Shown here one piece after another: positions 1 through 9,284 of a stretch of DNA of 42,233 nt. The stretch lies in sequence record SRR22947725_1500; one strand, 5' to 3'. A program made the translations under genes and the position numbers. The first letter of the stretch is position 1. Every line of letters begins with the position of its first letter. Under the pieces are notes generated by a model, which did not search any database, had not been told where the DNA came from, and saw only the letters and a program-made list of their open reading frames with translations.

Positions 1-26
1 CGCTCTCCCAGCTGAGCTATAGCCCC
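1..26 (-). tRNA. tRNA-Ala, 5' part only (cut by the window edge; anticodon not visible)
   Basis: Reverse complement reads GGGGCTATAGCTCAGCTGGGAGAGCG, the typical acceptor stem and D-arm of bacterial tRNA-Ala. Confidence 0.9.
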
Positions 27-55
27 AAAAAACCGGGTTGTTAGCAAAACCGTAG

Positions 56-83
56 ATTATAATCTGTATCTCATTTCAGTCAA
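56..83 (-). promoter_or_regulatory. Putative sigma70 promoter for tRNA-Ala
   Basis: Minus strand TTGACT (83-78), 16-nt spacer, TATAAT (61-56), about 30 nt upstream of the tRNA. Confidence 0.6.
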
Positions 84-109
84 GTCAAAATTGGTAAAAT
101 AGTACTATT

Positions 110-832
110 ATGGAAAAAAAATATAACAGCAATAATTACTCAATCGAGGTGCTTTATCATATCGGCGCCTATGAAAATTCAATTCATTTTATCTTTGATA
201 AAGCTACCAAAACATGCGCAATTGTAGACCCAGCATGGGAGCCTGATTTATTTTTAAAGAAAATTAAGGATAAAGGTTATACACTTACGGACATCTGGAT
301 AACGCACTGGCATGGCGACCATACGAATGCAGTAGACGACCTTGCTAATAAAACTGGCGCAAAAATTACTGCTGGTGTTAATGAGGTTCCCTACCTCAAT
401 ATTGAAAATCCAGTTCATACTGTTGATGATGGGGATGTGATTAAGCTTGGTGATATTGAAATAAAAATTATTGAAACTCCTGGCCATACAGCTGGTGGTG
501 TCTGCTATCTTCTTGATGAACATCTTATTGCTGGCGATACATTATTTGTATATGGTGTTGGAATCTGTAGTCTTGCTGGATCAAATCCAGTCACGTTATT
601 CCACTCTTTAAAAAAATTAATGGCTCAGGTACCTGATGATATTCATTTACTATGTGGACATAACTATGGCTCAGAAATTACAACGACGATTGCTGAACAA
701 AAAAAGGCTAATCCTTTCTTGTTAATTGAGGATGAAGACACATTTGTCCGTTATAGAATGCATGTTCATGACTCTACAAGAACATACCCAATGTCACCAA
801 TGACACTAGATGAGGTAAATGCCCTACTATGA
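110..832 (+). CDS. MBL-fold metallo-hydrolase (glyoxalase II / BaeB-PksB-like)
   Basis: THWHGDH metal motif, TPGHTAGG, AGDTLF, GHNYG and NPFL. Confidence 0.85.
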   Translation: MEKKYNSNNYSIEVLYHIGAYENSIHFIFDKATKTCAIVDPAWEPDLFLKKIKDKGYTLTDIWITHWHGDHTNAVDDLANKTGAKITAGVNEVPYLNIENPVHTVDDGDVIKLGDIEIKIIETPGHTAGGVCYLLDEHLIAGDTLFVYGVGICSLAGSNPVTLFHSLKKLMAQVPDDIHLLCGHNYGSEITTTIAEQKKANPFLLIEDEDTFVRYRMHVHDSTRTYPMSPMTLDEVNALL

Positions 833-1431
833 TAGGGATTTATGGCGGCTCCTTTGACCCCGTTCATTTAGGACATCTTAAAACAGCAACCTCAATTAAG
901 AATGAACTAGCTATTAAACGCTTGTTTCTTCTGCCTTGCTATGAACCTGTACATAAAGGCTCTCTTAAATATTCATCTGATCAAAGAATTAAGATGTTAA
1001 GCCTTGCAATTGAAGATTTTTCTGAACTTGAGATTGATAAAAGGGAAATTCTTCGTGGTGGAAGCTCTTATATGATTGACACTCTTAAAGAGCTAGTAGA
1101 GATTCACAAAGAAGAGACAATTTGTCTTATTATTGGCATGGATAGCTTTGTAAACTTCAAAACATGGAAACAATGGGATGAGTTTTCGAAGCTTGTTCAT
1201 ATGATTATCCTTCCGAGAAATGGAGATCAGCCCAATCATAAGAATCTTGATACTTTTAAGATAGCAGATAATATTGATCAGTTAAGGGCCAATTCAAATG
1301 GTCTTTTATATTTCTCTAATGCACAGCTTATAGATATTTCATCTAGCGATATTAGAGGTAAAATTGCCGGCAATCAAAATCTTGATAATTTAATGCCCTC
1401 TTCTGTTATAAATTTTTTACAAAAAATATGA
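829..1431 (+). CDS. nadD: Nicotinate-nucleotide adenylyltransferase
   Basis: GGSFDPVHLGH (HIGH-like), IIGMDS and ISSSDIR motifs; typical nadD-rsfS-rlmH synteny. Confidence 0.95.
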   Translation: MIGIYGGSFDPVHLGHLKTATSIKNELAIKRLFLLPCYEPVHKGSLKYSSDQRIKMLSLAIEDFSELEIDKREILRGGSSYMIDTLKELVEIHKEETICLIIGMDSFVNFKTWKQWDEFSKLVHMIILPRNGDQPNHKNLDTFKIADNIDQLRANSNGLLYFSNAQLIDISSSDIRGKIAGNQNLDNLMPSSVINFLQKI

Positions 1432-1763
1432 AACTTGCTGAACAAATAAAAGTTGTTGAAAATGTTATTGATGATTTAAAAGGAGAGAAAATTGTAACTC
1501 TCAATATTATGAAACAGAGTGATGATATGGAGGCTATTATTATCACAACTGGACGATCTATTCAGCATGTCCGAGGCATAGCTAACAATGTCAGTAGCGA
1601 AGCCAAAAGGCTTAATATGCCAGTCCTAGGAACTGAAGGTACTGAGTCTAGCGAATGGGCTCTTGTTGATCTTGGAGAAGTGGTAGTTCATGTTATGACC
1701 GAAAAAACTAGAGAATTTTATAAACTAGAAAAATTATGGTCTATCGATAAAGATGAGGATTAA
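1428..1763 (+). CDS. rsfS: Ribosome silencing factor
   Basis: WALVDLGEVVVHVM and REFYKLEKLW signatures. Confidence 0.95.
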   Translation: MKLAEQIKVVENVIDDLKGEKIVTLNIMKQSDDMEAIIITTGRSIQHVRGIANNVSSEAKRLNMPVLGTEGTESSEWALVDLGEVVVHVMTEKTREFYKLEKLWSIDKDED

Positions 1764-2220
1764 CCTTATTGCTATAGGAAAAAAAATGCCCGACTGGATC
1801 TCCCATGGCATTGAACACTATAAGAAGCAACTTCCTAAAAACTATAATTTCACAATCACAGCTCTAGAGTCTCAAAACCGAAAATCAATTAGTGCTGAAA
1901 ATACTAAAAACCTAGAAGAGAAATTAATTCTAGATGCAGCCTCTGGTTCATCTCTTTTGATAGCATTTGATGAGCTAGGTAAACAGCAATCAAGCAAAGA
2001 GCTATCTAAATCAATTGAGAAGTGGCAGCTTGAGGGTGAGAGTGTGGCAATGATTATCGGTGGTGCAGATGGGCTTTCGTCAGAGCTGAAACAAAAATGT
2101 AATTTGATTTGGAGCTTATCTAACCTAACTTTGACTCACTCCATGGCTAGATTACTGTTAGTAGAGCAACTCTATCGAGGCCACAGTTTAATGACTAACC
2201 ACCCATACCATAGGAGTTAA
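1753..2220 (+). CDS. rlmH: 23S rRNA pseudouridine1915 N3-methyltransferase
   Basis: IIGGADGL, EQLYR and HPYHR SPOUT motifs; 155 aa. Confidence 0.96.
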   Translation: MRINLIAIGKKMPDWISHGIEHYKKQLPKNYNFTITALESQNRKSISAENTKNLEEKLILDAASGSSLLIAFDELGKQQSSKELSKSIEKWQLEGESVAMIIGGADGLSSELKQKCNLIWSLSNLTLTHSMARLLLVEQLYRGHSLMTNHPYHRS

Positions 2221-2229
2221 AGAATTAAC

Positions 2230-2577
2230 TCACAGGATTGAATTAATATTCTCTGGTGGTCTTCCAATGGCAACCCCTTTGTCTGTTCTAACAATAGGAC
2301 GTTCAATTAAAATGGGTGACTCTAACATTGCTTTTATTAAATGATCTTCACTGAGAGACTTATCAGAAAGGCCAAGCTCTTTGTATTTTGACTCTCCCCT
2401 TCTCATGAGATCTCGAGCACTGATTCCTAAATCCTTCAAGATAGCTTTAAGTTCTTGCTCATTTGGAGGAGTATCAAGGTAATTAACAACCTCAAAGTCA
2501 ACATCGTTTTGTTCTAAAATGGCAAGTGTTGCTCTTGATTTAGAGCAGCGCGTATTGTGATAAATCTTGGCACTCAT
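2230..2577 (-). CDS. arsC: Arsenate reductase family protein (glutaredoxin-dependent ArsC/YfgD type)
   Basis: IYHNTRCSKSR, PILIERPIV and IGRPPE. Confidence 0.85.
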   Translation of the reverse strand: MSAKIYHNTRCSKSRATLAILEQNDVDFEVVNYLDTPPNEQELKAILKDLGISARDLMRRGESKYKELGLSDKSLSEDHLIKAMLESPILIERPIVRTDKGVAIGRPPENINSIL

Positions 2578-2588
2578 TAATTTAACTC

Positions 2589-3116
2589 ATGAAAAAACTA
2601 CTTATTATACTCTTGCTAATATCTCCTATTCATACTAGCCAGGCACTCAGTCTTAACTCATTAGTTGACTGGGTAAAGCCTCTGATGCCATGGTACGAGC
2701 AAGAACCTGAACTAACATTTAAATTGACCGATATCAAGGGAAATGTGTATACAGAAAAAAATACAAAGGGGAAGTACCTGGTAGTTAATTTTTGGGCTAC
2801 TTGGTGCACTCCATGCTTAAAAGAGATTCCTGCATTTGTAAAATTCTATAATAAAAATTCTGATCATGTTGAGATATTAGGGTTAGATTTTGAGCCAGTT
2901 AACATCGAAGTTATTAATGAGTTTATTGAACGCTTTAATATCAAATATCCAATCGTCCTTTATGATTATCAGAATGACTCTGAATACTCAAATTTTGGTG
3001 AGATTGTTGGAATGCCTACAACTCAAATATATAGTCCTGAGGGAGAGTTACTTCAAACATTTATGGGAGAAGTAACTATTGAAGATTTAGATAAATTTAT
3101 ATCACCAATCTCTTAG
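2589..3116 (+). CDS. TlpA/ResA-like thiol:disulfide oxidoreductase, exported
   Basis: N-terminal signal/anchor MKKLLIILLLI; NFWATWCTPC; GMPTT cis-Pro loop. Confidence 0.9.
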   Translation: MKKLLIILLLISPIHTSQALSLNSLVDWVKPLMPWYEQEPELTFKLTDIKGNVYTEKNTKGKYLVVNFWATWCTPCLKEIPAFVKFYNKNSDHVEILGLDFEPVNIEVINEFIERFNIKYPIVLYDYQNDSEYSNFGEIVGMPTTQIYSPEGELLQTFMGEVTIEDLDKFISPIS

Positions 3117-4038
3117 ACTCACCTCCCTCATCTCTAACTAATTTAGGTAACAAATAGCCTGGCACCATATTCTGTAGAGCTTTATAAATCTTATGAGCCT
3201 GATTATCTGAAATGAAGAAACTTTCTGCTCCAGAAACCTTATCAAGTAGATGGATATAATAGGGCAATATAGATGCCTCAAAAAGCTTATAGGATAGTTC
3301 AGCTAGAGTCTTAGCGTCATCATTCACATCTCTCAAAAAAACTGACTGATTAAGCAATATATGATTTCGCAAAGCCTTTATGTTATTAACAAATTCATCT
3401 GATATTTCCTGAGCATGATTAATATGAAAAACAATCACAACTTTGAGCTTTGTTTGATTGAGTGATGCTATAAGCTCCTCAGTAATTCTAGAAGGTATGA
3501 CAACGGCTGTTCTTGTATGAATTCTCAGTGTTTTAATATGTTGAATGCTTTCAATCTTCCTTAATATTTTGTTAATTTTTTTATCACTCAATGTGAGTGG
3601 ATCACCGCCACTCAATACAACCTCATTAACCTCAATTCTTTTTGATAAATAACTTTGAATATCAGCCCAATTTTTTAAAACATCATTATCGTCATAATCA
3701 AAATTTTGTCTGAAGCAATACTGACAATGGATAGCACAAACACTGCTCGATATTAATAGAACTCGAGAGGGATACTTATGAATCAAGCCCTTCACAGGTG
3801 AAAACTCTTCATCGTATACTGGCGAATCAATAAAACCTTTTGTACTTTGACGTTCTTTAGGAAGAATTTGCAATAAAAGAGGATCTAAAGGGTTAGTTTT
3901 ATCTATTCTCTTAGCAAATTCAAGTGGGATCTTGATTGGAAAATTACCATCTTGAAATCGATCATTATCAAAATACTCATTACAATCATTGGCATTTTTT
4001 AAAGAACTTCTAGCACTCTCATTCCAAGTTTTATTCAT
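3097..4038 (-). CDS. epmB: EF-P beta-lysylation protein EpmB (KamA-family radical SAM lysine 2,3-aminomutase)
   Basis: GLIHKYPSRVL, CAIHCQYCFR, LSGGDPL, LRIHTR, LNQSVFL, PYYIHLLDKV and GYLLPKLV. Confidence 0.88.
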   Translation of the reverse strand: MNKTWNESARSSLKNANDCNEYFDNDRFQDGNFPIKIPLEFAKRIDKTNPLDPLLLQILPKERQSTKGFIDSPVYDEEFSPVKGLIHKYPSRVLLISSSVCAIHCQYCFRQNFDYDDNDVLKNWADIQSYLSKRIEVNEVVLSGGDPLTLSDKKINKILRKIESIQHIKTLRIHTRTAVVIPSRITEELIASLNQTKLKVVIVFHINHAQEISDEFVNNIKALRNHILLNQSVFLRDVNDDAKTLAELSYKLFEASILPYYIHLLDKVSGAESFFISDNQAHKIYKALQNMVPGYLLPKLVRDEGGESKRLVI

Positions 4039-4187
4039 CTGAATGTTCTAATATAGTATTAAATAATCAGTCAACATTATAATGACTCAATTACTGATTA
4101 TAATTTATCTATACTGACTCATTTGAGTGCGATTTTTGCTTAAAGTAAGAGCTTAAATAAATCCTTTTTTATATTCAATTAACTATT

Positions 4188-6359
4188 ATGATTTCACCAC
4201 CTATTGCTGACGGATTAAATGAAAAACAGCAACAGTCAGTAGTCCTGAGTGAAGACGTTAATGCCCTAATACTTGCTGGCGCTGGAAGCGGTAAAACAAG
4301 AGTTTTAACCCATAGAATCCATTATCTAGTCTCTGAAAAAAAACATCATGTTGATGATATCCTTGCAGTGACCTTTACGAACAAGGCTGCAAATGAGATG
4401 AAAGAAAGGCTGACCAGCCTTCTTAGACAACCCATTGGCAGGATGTGGGTTGGTACTTTTCACTCCCTTGCTCATAGACTTCTCAGAACACATCCACTCG
4501 AGGCAAAGTTATCACCCACCTTTCAAATTCTAGACTCTCAAGATCAGTTTCGAATTGTTAAACGCTTAATGAAAGAAAACGGTATTGATGATACAAAGTT
4601 TCCTATCCGAAAAGTGCAATGGTTTATTAACCAACAAAAAGATGAGGGCATACTCCCTCAAAATATTGATGCAGGCTATAACTTTTTTGTAAAACAGAGT
4701 GCTAAGGTTTTTGATCTCTATGAGAAGCATTGTCAAGCCAATGATCTGGTTGATTTTGCTGGCTTGCTGGTTAAAAGCTATGAACTCTTAAAGAATAATC
4801 AGAATTTATTAGATTATTATCAAAAAAAGTTTTGTCATATTTTGGTAGATGAGTTCCAAGACACCAATCGAATCCAGTATCAATTTATAAAAATACTGCA
4901 CAATCAAAATAATCATGTCTTCTGTGTTGGTGATGATGACCAGTCTATTTATGGATGGAGAGGAGCAAGAGTTGAAAACATACAAAAGATAGAAAACGAC
5001 TTCAAGCCGATAAAAGTTATCAAGCTTGAGCAAAATTATCGCTCAACTGGAAACATTCTTAGCGCTTCCAATGCTCTCATTGCAAAAAATCAAAATAGAC
5101 TTGAAAAGTCATTATGGACTGAGTCTGGAGATGGAGATCTCATCAATATTTTTAATGCGCGAACAGAAACTGAGGAAGCACAATATGTAGTAAGTGAAAT
5201 CGAGAACCATTTTAATCAAGGAAAAAATCTTAGTGAATGCGCCATACTCTATCGTTCAAATGCTCAATCTCGCGTCTTTGAAGAATCCCTAATTAAAAGA
5301 AATATTAATTACAGAATTTATGGTGGTCTCAGATTTTTTGAGCGCGCTGAAATAAAAGATGCAATGGGCTATATCCGTCTTGCAGAAAATACCTCTGACA
5401 ATATTGCTTTTGAGAGGGTTGTCAACTTTCCAACGCGAGGCATCGGAATATCCACCATTGAAAAGATTAGATCCCATGCAGCTGAAAATCATACCGACCT
5501 CTTTCAATCATCTATTGCTATTATTGAAAGCCTTCCAGCCAGAGCAGGGAATGCCTTACAAGGATTTATTCATCTGATTGAAGCGCTTATTGATAGCACT
5601 AAAAATCTAACACTTAGTGAAAAAGTTGACTCAACTCTTCTTCAGTCAGGATTGATGACTCACTATGCCAATGATAAGACTGATAAGGCTGGAAGTAAAC
5701 GAGAAAATCTAGATGAGTTAGTTACAGCAGCCAAACAATATGTTCACGAGAATGAAAGCGAGATGAATGAAACTCAGGGTTTTATTGCTCTAGCAACGCT
5801 TGACTCTAGCGGTGAATCGAATCAATCTAGTCAAGAAAGTGTTCAGTTAATGACCGTTCATTCTGCAAAAGGATTAGAATTCCCTGTTGTCTTTTTAGTT
5901 GGTTTGGAGGAGGACTTATTCCCTTCAAGGCAGAGTAAAGATGAACCTCACTTACTTGATGAGGAAAGGCGTCTTTGTTACGTCGGCATGACCAGAGCAA
6001 TGCAATCACTGACACTAAGCTATGCAAGTAGAAGATTCCTTCATGGCCAGTCTTTTTATTCACTTAATTCAAGGTTTTTAGATGAAATCCCTAAAAGCTT
6101 TTTAAATTACATTAAGAATCCAAATAGCGACTATACGACAACTGCTTATGAGGACGTTAAAAGTTCACCGCAAAAAATGGTATCCACTTCAAGTAGTTCC
6201 ATCTATTCTATTGGCCAAGTCGTCAATCATGCCAAATTTGGGCATGGAACAATCCTAAATTACGAGGGAAGTGGTGATTCGATGAGACTACAAATCAAAT
6301 TTCAAAAAGCAGGAACAAAGTGGCTTATTAGTTCTTACGCAAAGCTCGAGATTGTTTAG
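4188..6359 (+). CDS. uvrD: DNA helicase II (UvrD)
   Basis: AGAGSGKT, TFTNKAA, DEFQDTN, VGDDDQSIY, LEQNYRS, HSAKGLEF and EERRLCYVGMTRA; C-terminal Tudor-like HAKFGHG. Confidence 0.95.
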   Translation: MISPPIADGLNEKQQQSVVLSEDVNALILAGAGSGKTRVLTHRIHYLVSEKKHHVDDILAVTFTNKAANEMKERLTSLLRQPIGRMWVGTFHSLAHRLLRTHPLEAKLSPTFQILDSQDQFRIVKRLMKENGIDDTKFPIRKVQWFINQQKDEGILPQNIDAGYNFFVKQSAKVFDLYEKHCQANDLVDFAGLLVKSYELLKNNQNLLDYYQKKFCHILVDEFQDTNRIQYQFIKILHNQNNHVFCVGDDDQSIYGWRGARVENIQKIENDFKPIKVIKLEQNYRSTGNILSASNALIAKNQNRLEKSLWTESGDGDLINIFNARTETEEAQYVVSEIENHFNQGKNLSECAILYRSNAQSRVFEESLIKRNINYRIYGGLRFFERAEIKDAMGYIRLAENTSDNIAFERVVNFPTRGIGISTIEKIRSHAAENHTDLFQSSIAIIESLPARAGNALQGFIHLIEALIDSTKNLTLSEKVDSTLLQSGLMTHYANDKTDKAGSKRENLDELVTAAKQYVHENESEMNETQGFIALATLDSSGESNQSSQESVQLMTVHSAKGLEFPVVFLVGLEEDLFPSRQSKDEPHLLDEERRLCYVGMTRAMQSLTLSYASRRFLHGQSFYSLNSRFLDEIPKSFLNYIKNPNSDYTTTAYEDVKSSPQKMVSTSSSSIYSIGQVVNHAKFGHGTILNYEGSGDSMRLQIKFQKAGTKWLISSYAKLEIV

Positions 6360-6769
6360 CCCTGAGACCAAGGCATCCCATCATTCCGCCAGCCATTAAG
6401 ATTGCCTCGGTGATCATTCTCGTCTAAGTCGCCCTCAAAACCACTCGCGACATGAGAAACACAAGTAAACCCATTACTTTGTAAACACTTTAAAGCCTCA
6501 TTCGATCTGAATCCACTTCTGCAGATGAGAATCAATTCTGTGCCTAAAATGTCACTACGATCACTAAGATGATTATTTACTGCCTCGCAAAAAGCTGAAG
6601 GATCAGAGTTTAAGTCTGGCTCATCAAACCAGGGAATTAAAATAGAATTTTCAGGAAAGCCAACATACTTATGTTCAGCGCTTGTTCTGACATCAATCAA
6701 TACAGCATCTGGATTTTCATTTAACCTATCAACAGCCATTTTTGGAAGTAAGTTTCTTTTGTATTCCAT
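6356..6769 (-). CDS. Single-domain rhodanese-like sulfurtransferase
   Basis: LIDVRT, active-site loop CRSGFRS, GFEGDLD...GW. Confidence 0.9.
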   Translation of the reverse strand: MEYKRNLLPKMAVDRLNENPDAVLIDVRTSAEHKYVGFPENSILIPWFDEPDLNSDPSAFCEAVNNHLSDRSDILGTELILICRSGFRSNEALKCLQSNGFTCVSHVASGFEGDLDENDHRGNLNGWRNDGMPWSQG

Positions 6770-6814
6770 TCTATTTCCTTATAAGGTATTTCTTAAGTAA
6801 TGATACTCTATGCT

Positions 6815-8137
6815 TTATTTTTTTCGAGTAAAAAGTGCAATTGACTCAACATGTGCTGTCTGGGGAAACATGTCCATAACCCCTGCATTCTCCAGATAAA
6901 AGCCTAGGTCAATCAACCTTGCAGTGTCTCTTGCAAGTGTTGCTGGGTTGCATGAGACATAAACCAAACGCTCAACATTTAGCTTAGGAAGAAGATCTAC
7001 AATCTCGATTGCCCCTGTCCTAGCAGGATCTATTAATGCTTTATTATAATTTTGACCTCTAAACCATTCGAAACCAGATACATCCTCAAATAAATCAGCC
7101 TTATAAAAGGATGCATTGGAGATATTATTTACCTCAGCATTTTCCTTTGCCCTCTCTACCAAGCCTCGATCTCCTTCAATGCCAACCACTTTATTGACAT
7201 ATTTTGAAATAGGGAGTGTGAAGTTACCAAGTCCGCAAAAAAGATCAATGACATTATCTTGTTCATCTAACTCCAAGAGATCTATTGCCAAATTAATCAT
7301 TTTTTTATTGAGCTCAAAGTTGACTTGGGTAAAGTCATTGGGCAAAAAAGACATTTCAATACTATGATCTGGAATTGAGTAAGTAAGCTGAACAGATTTT
7401 GTTAGAGGCTTTATAGTATCTAGCCCACCACTTTGCAGATACCAAGTAATTTGAAGCTTTTGGGCGAAGTCACTCAAGACCTCTTCATCTTTATTAGTCA
7501 GTGGCTGAAGGTGCCTCAATATCAAAATGGTGTCTTTTTCTGCAATGGCGACCTCGATTTGAGGAATATGCTCTTTAATGCTAAGCCTCTCTATGCACTC
7601 TGAGAGTAATTCAAGGTTGTCACCTAGGGAGGGATGCAAAACCTCACATCGACTCATGACAGTGACAAATGAGGATTTTCTCTCTCTGAAACCAACCAGA
7701 ACCCTCTCTTTCTTTGCGACATAACGAACCCCGAGCCGAGCTTTACGTCGATAGCCCCAGCTCCCAATCTGCATTGGCTTTAGCCACTCTTTTGGCTCTA
7801 CCTTGGCTTGCCCCTTAAAGGCGCTTTGAAGCCAGTCCTGTTTTGCATTAATTTGATTTTCGCTCGATAGGTGCTGAAATGAGCAGCCGCCACAAATTCC
7901 ATAAACCGAGCACTTTGGCTCGATTCTGGCAGAAGAAGGCTCAAGTATTTCGGTAACGTCCGCCTCCTCATACTTAGCTCGAGACAGGGTCCTAGAGGCA
8001 ATAACCTTCTCTCCAGGTAAAGCGCCTCGGGTAAATATAACCTTATTATCCATGTGAGAGATACCTCTGCCCTCATGAGATAAAGACTCAATCTCAATTT
8101 CATAACTCTTACTTTTTAGCTTTCTTCTTCTAGACAT
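6815..8137 (-). CDS. rlmD: 23S rRNA (uracil1939-C5)-methyltransferase
   Basis: TRAM N-terminus, CxxxxxCGGC Fe-S motif, DLFCGLGNF, DPARTG, YVSCNPATLARD and DMFPQTAHVE; ATG at 8137 preferred over TTG at 8140. Confidence 0.95.
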   Translation of the reverse strand: MSRRRKLKSKSYEIEIESLSHEGRGISHMDNKVIFTRGALPGEKVIASRTLSRAKYEEADVTEILEPSSARIEPKCSVYGICGGCSFQHLSSENQINAKQDWLQSAFKGQAKVEPKEWLKPMQIGSWGYRRKARLGVRYVAKKERVLVGFRERKSSFVTVMSRCEVLHPSLGDNLELLSECIERLSIKEHIPQIEVAIAEKDTILILRHLQPLTNKDEEVLSDFAQKLQITWYLQSGGLDTIKPLTKSVQLTYSIPDHSIEMSFLPNDFTQVNFELNKKMINLAIDLLELDEQDNVIDLFCGLGNFTLPISKYVNKVVGIEGDRGLVERAKENAEVNNISNASFYKADLFEDVSGFEWFRGQNYNKALIDPARTGAIEIVDLLPKLNVERLVYVSCNPATLARDTARLIDLGFYLENAGVMDMFPQTAHVESIALFTRKK

Positions 8138-9284
8138 CAAGAAGCTCCACCCAATGCTTTACTGGGATCGAGCTTCCCTTTTGAAGGTGCATTAGGCATC
8201 CAATATTACTAGTGACAATCATTTTAGGTTTTGAGGCATTTAGATTTTCAATTTTCTCTGATCTGAGTTGGTTGGCTATTTTAGTCTCAAAAATCGAGTA
8301 AGTACCAGCAGAACCACAACAAATATGTGAATCTTTGACCGTCTTTTTAATGTAACCAAAATCCGAAAGAATTGACTCAACTAGGCCGCCTAATTTTTGA
8401 CCATGCTGCATAGTGCACGGCTCATGATAGCTAATATTTAACTCTTTTAGGTTGAGCATACTCAAATCTTTATTGGCAAGAAATTCAGCAATATCCTTAG
8501 TTTTTGAGGAAACAAGGAGTGATTTCTCATAATACGGATCAGACTCTTCAAAGAGATTAGGATAATCCTTAATCATTATGCCGCAGCCACTCGCACTGGA
8601 TATGATTGCCTCAACGCCGGAGTCAAGCTGTGAAATCCAGGCATCAATGTTTCGTTTAACTTTTTTTAGCGCATCGTTAGAGGCGGCTAGATGCTGATCA
8701 AGGGCGCCGCAGCATTCACTTTGAGAGGACTCCCTTACTTCAATATTTAATTTAGCCAATATATTTTTTATACTGTGATTGATGTTTGGTGCGAGTGATG
8801 GCTGAACACAACCTCCCATCAAAAGAACAGAGGAGTCTATTGTATTGGGTTTGATTGGTTTTGAGCTTACCTTGGAGTGACGAAGAAAATACCCAATAGG
8901 CTTGAAGAGTAATGGGGTTAAAAGGGTCTTTCTAACGATGTATCGATACAGTGCCTGCAGCTTTCCTCTCTTGGATTCCATCATTTCACGCCCTATTTCA
9001 AGCAACTGACCATACTCAACGCCAGAAGGGCAAGTTGTCTCACAGGATCGACATGTAAGGCATCGATCCATATGACTCAAAGATTTTTGACTAAATTGGT
9101 TCTTCTCTAATGCAGATTTAATAAGATAAATCCTGCCCCTAGGAGAATCTAACTCATCTCCTAACAACTGGTATGTTGGACAAGTAGCTAAACAGAAGCC
9201 GCAATGAACGCATGATTCAATTATTTGACTGGCTCTATCTTGAGTTGATTCTGAGATTGCGTTGTTGGCTAGGTCTATATGCAT
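8130..9284 (-). CDS. glcF: Glycolate oxidase iron-sulfur subunit
   Basis: CVHCGFCLATCPTY, CLTCRSCETTCPSGV and two CCG domains. Confidence 0.93.
   Translation of the reverse strand: MHIDLANNAISESTQDRASQIIESCVHCGFCLATCPTYQLLGDELDSPRGRIYLIKSALEKNQFSQKSLSHMDRCLTCRSCETTCPSGVEYGQLLEIGREMMESKRGKLQALYRYIVRKTLLTPLLFKPIGYFLRHSKVSSKPIKPNTIDSSVLLMGGCVQPSLAPNINHSIKNILAKLNIEVRESSQSECCGALDQHLAASNDALKKVKRNIDAWISQLDSGVEAIISSASGCGIMIKDYPNLFEESDPYYEKSLLVSSKTKDIAEFLANKDLSMLNLKELNISYHEPCTMQHGQKLGGLVESILSDFGYIKKTVKDSHICCGSAGTYSIFETKIANQLRSEKIENLNASKPKMIVTSNIGCLMHLQKGSSIPVKHWVELLDV

Noticed and set aside
2230-2577. Arsenic-resistance operon
   Set aside because: No arsR, arsB or acr3 nearby; a lone ArsC/YfgD-type gene is common.
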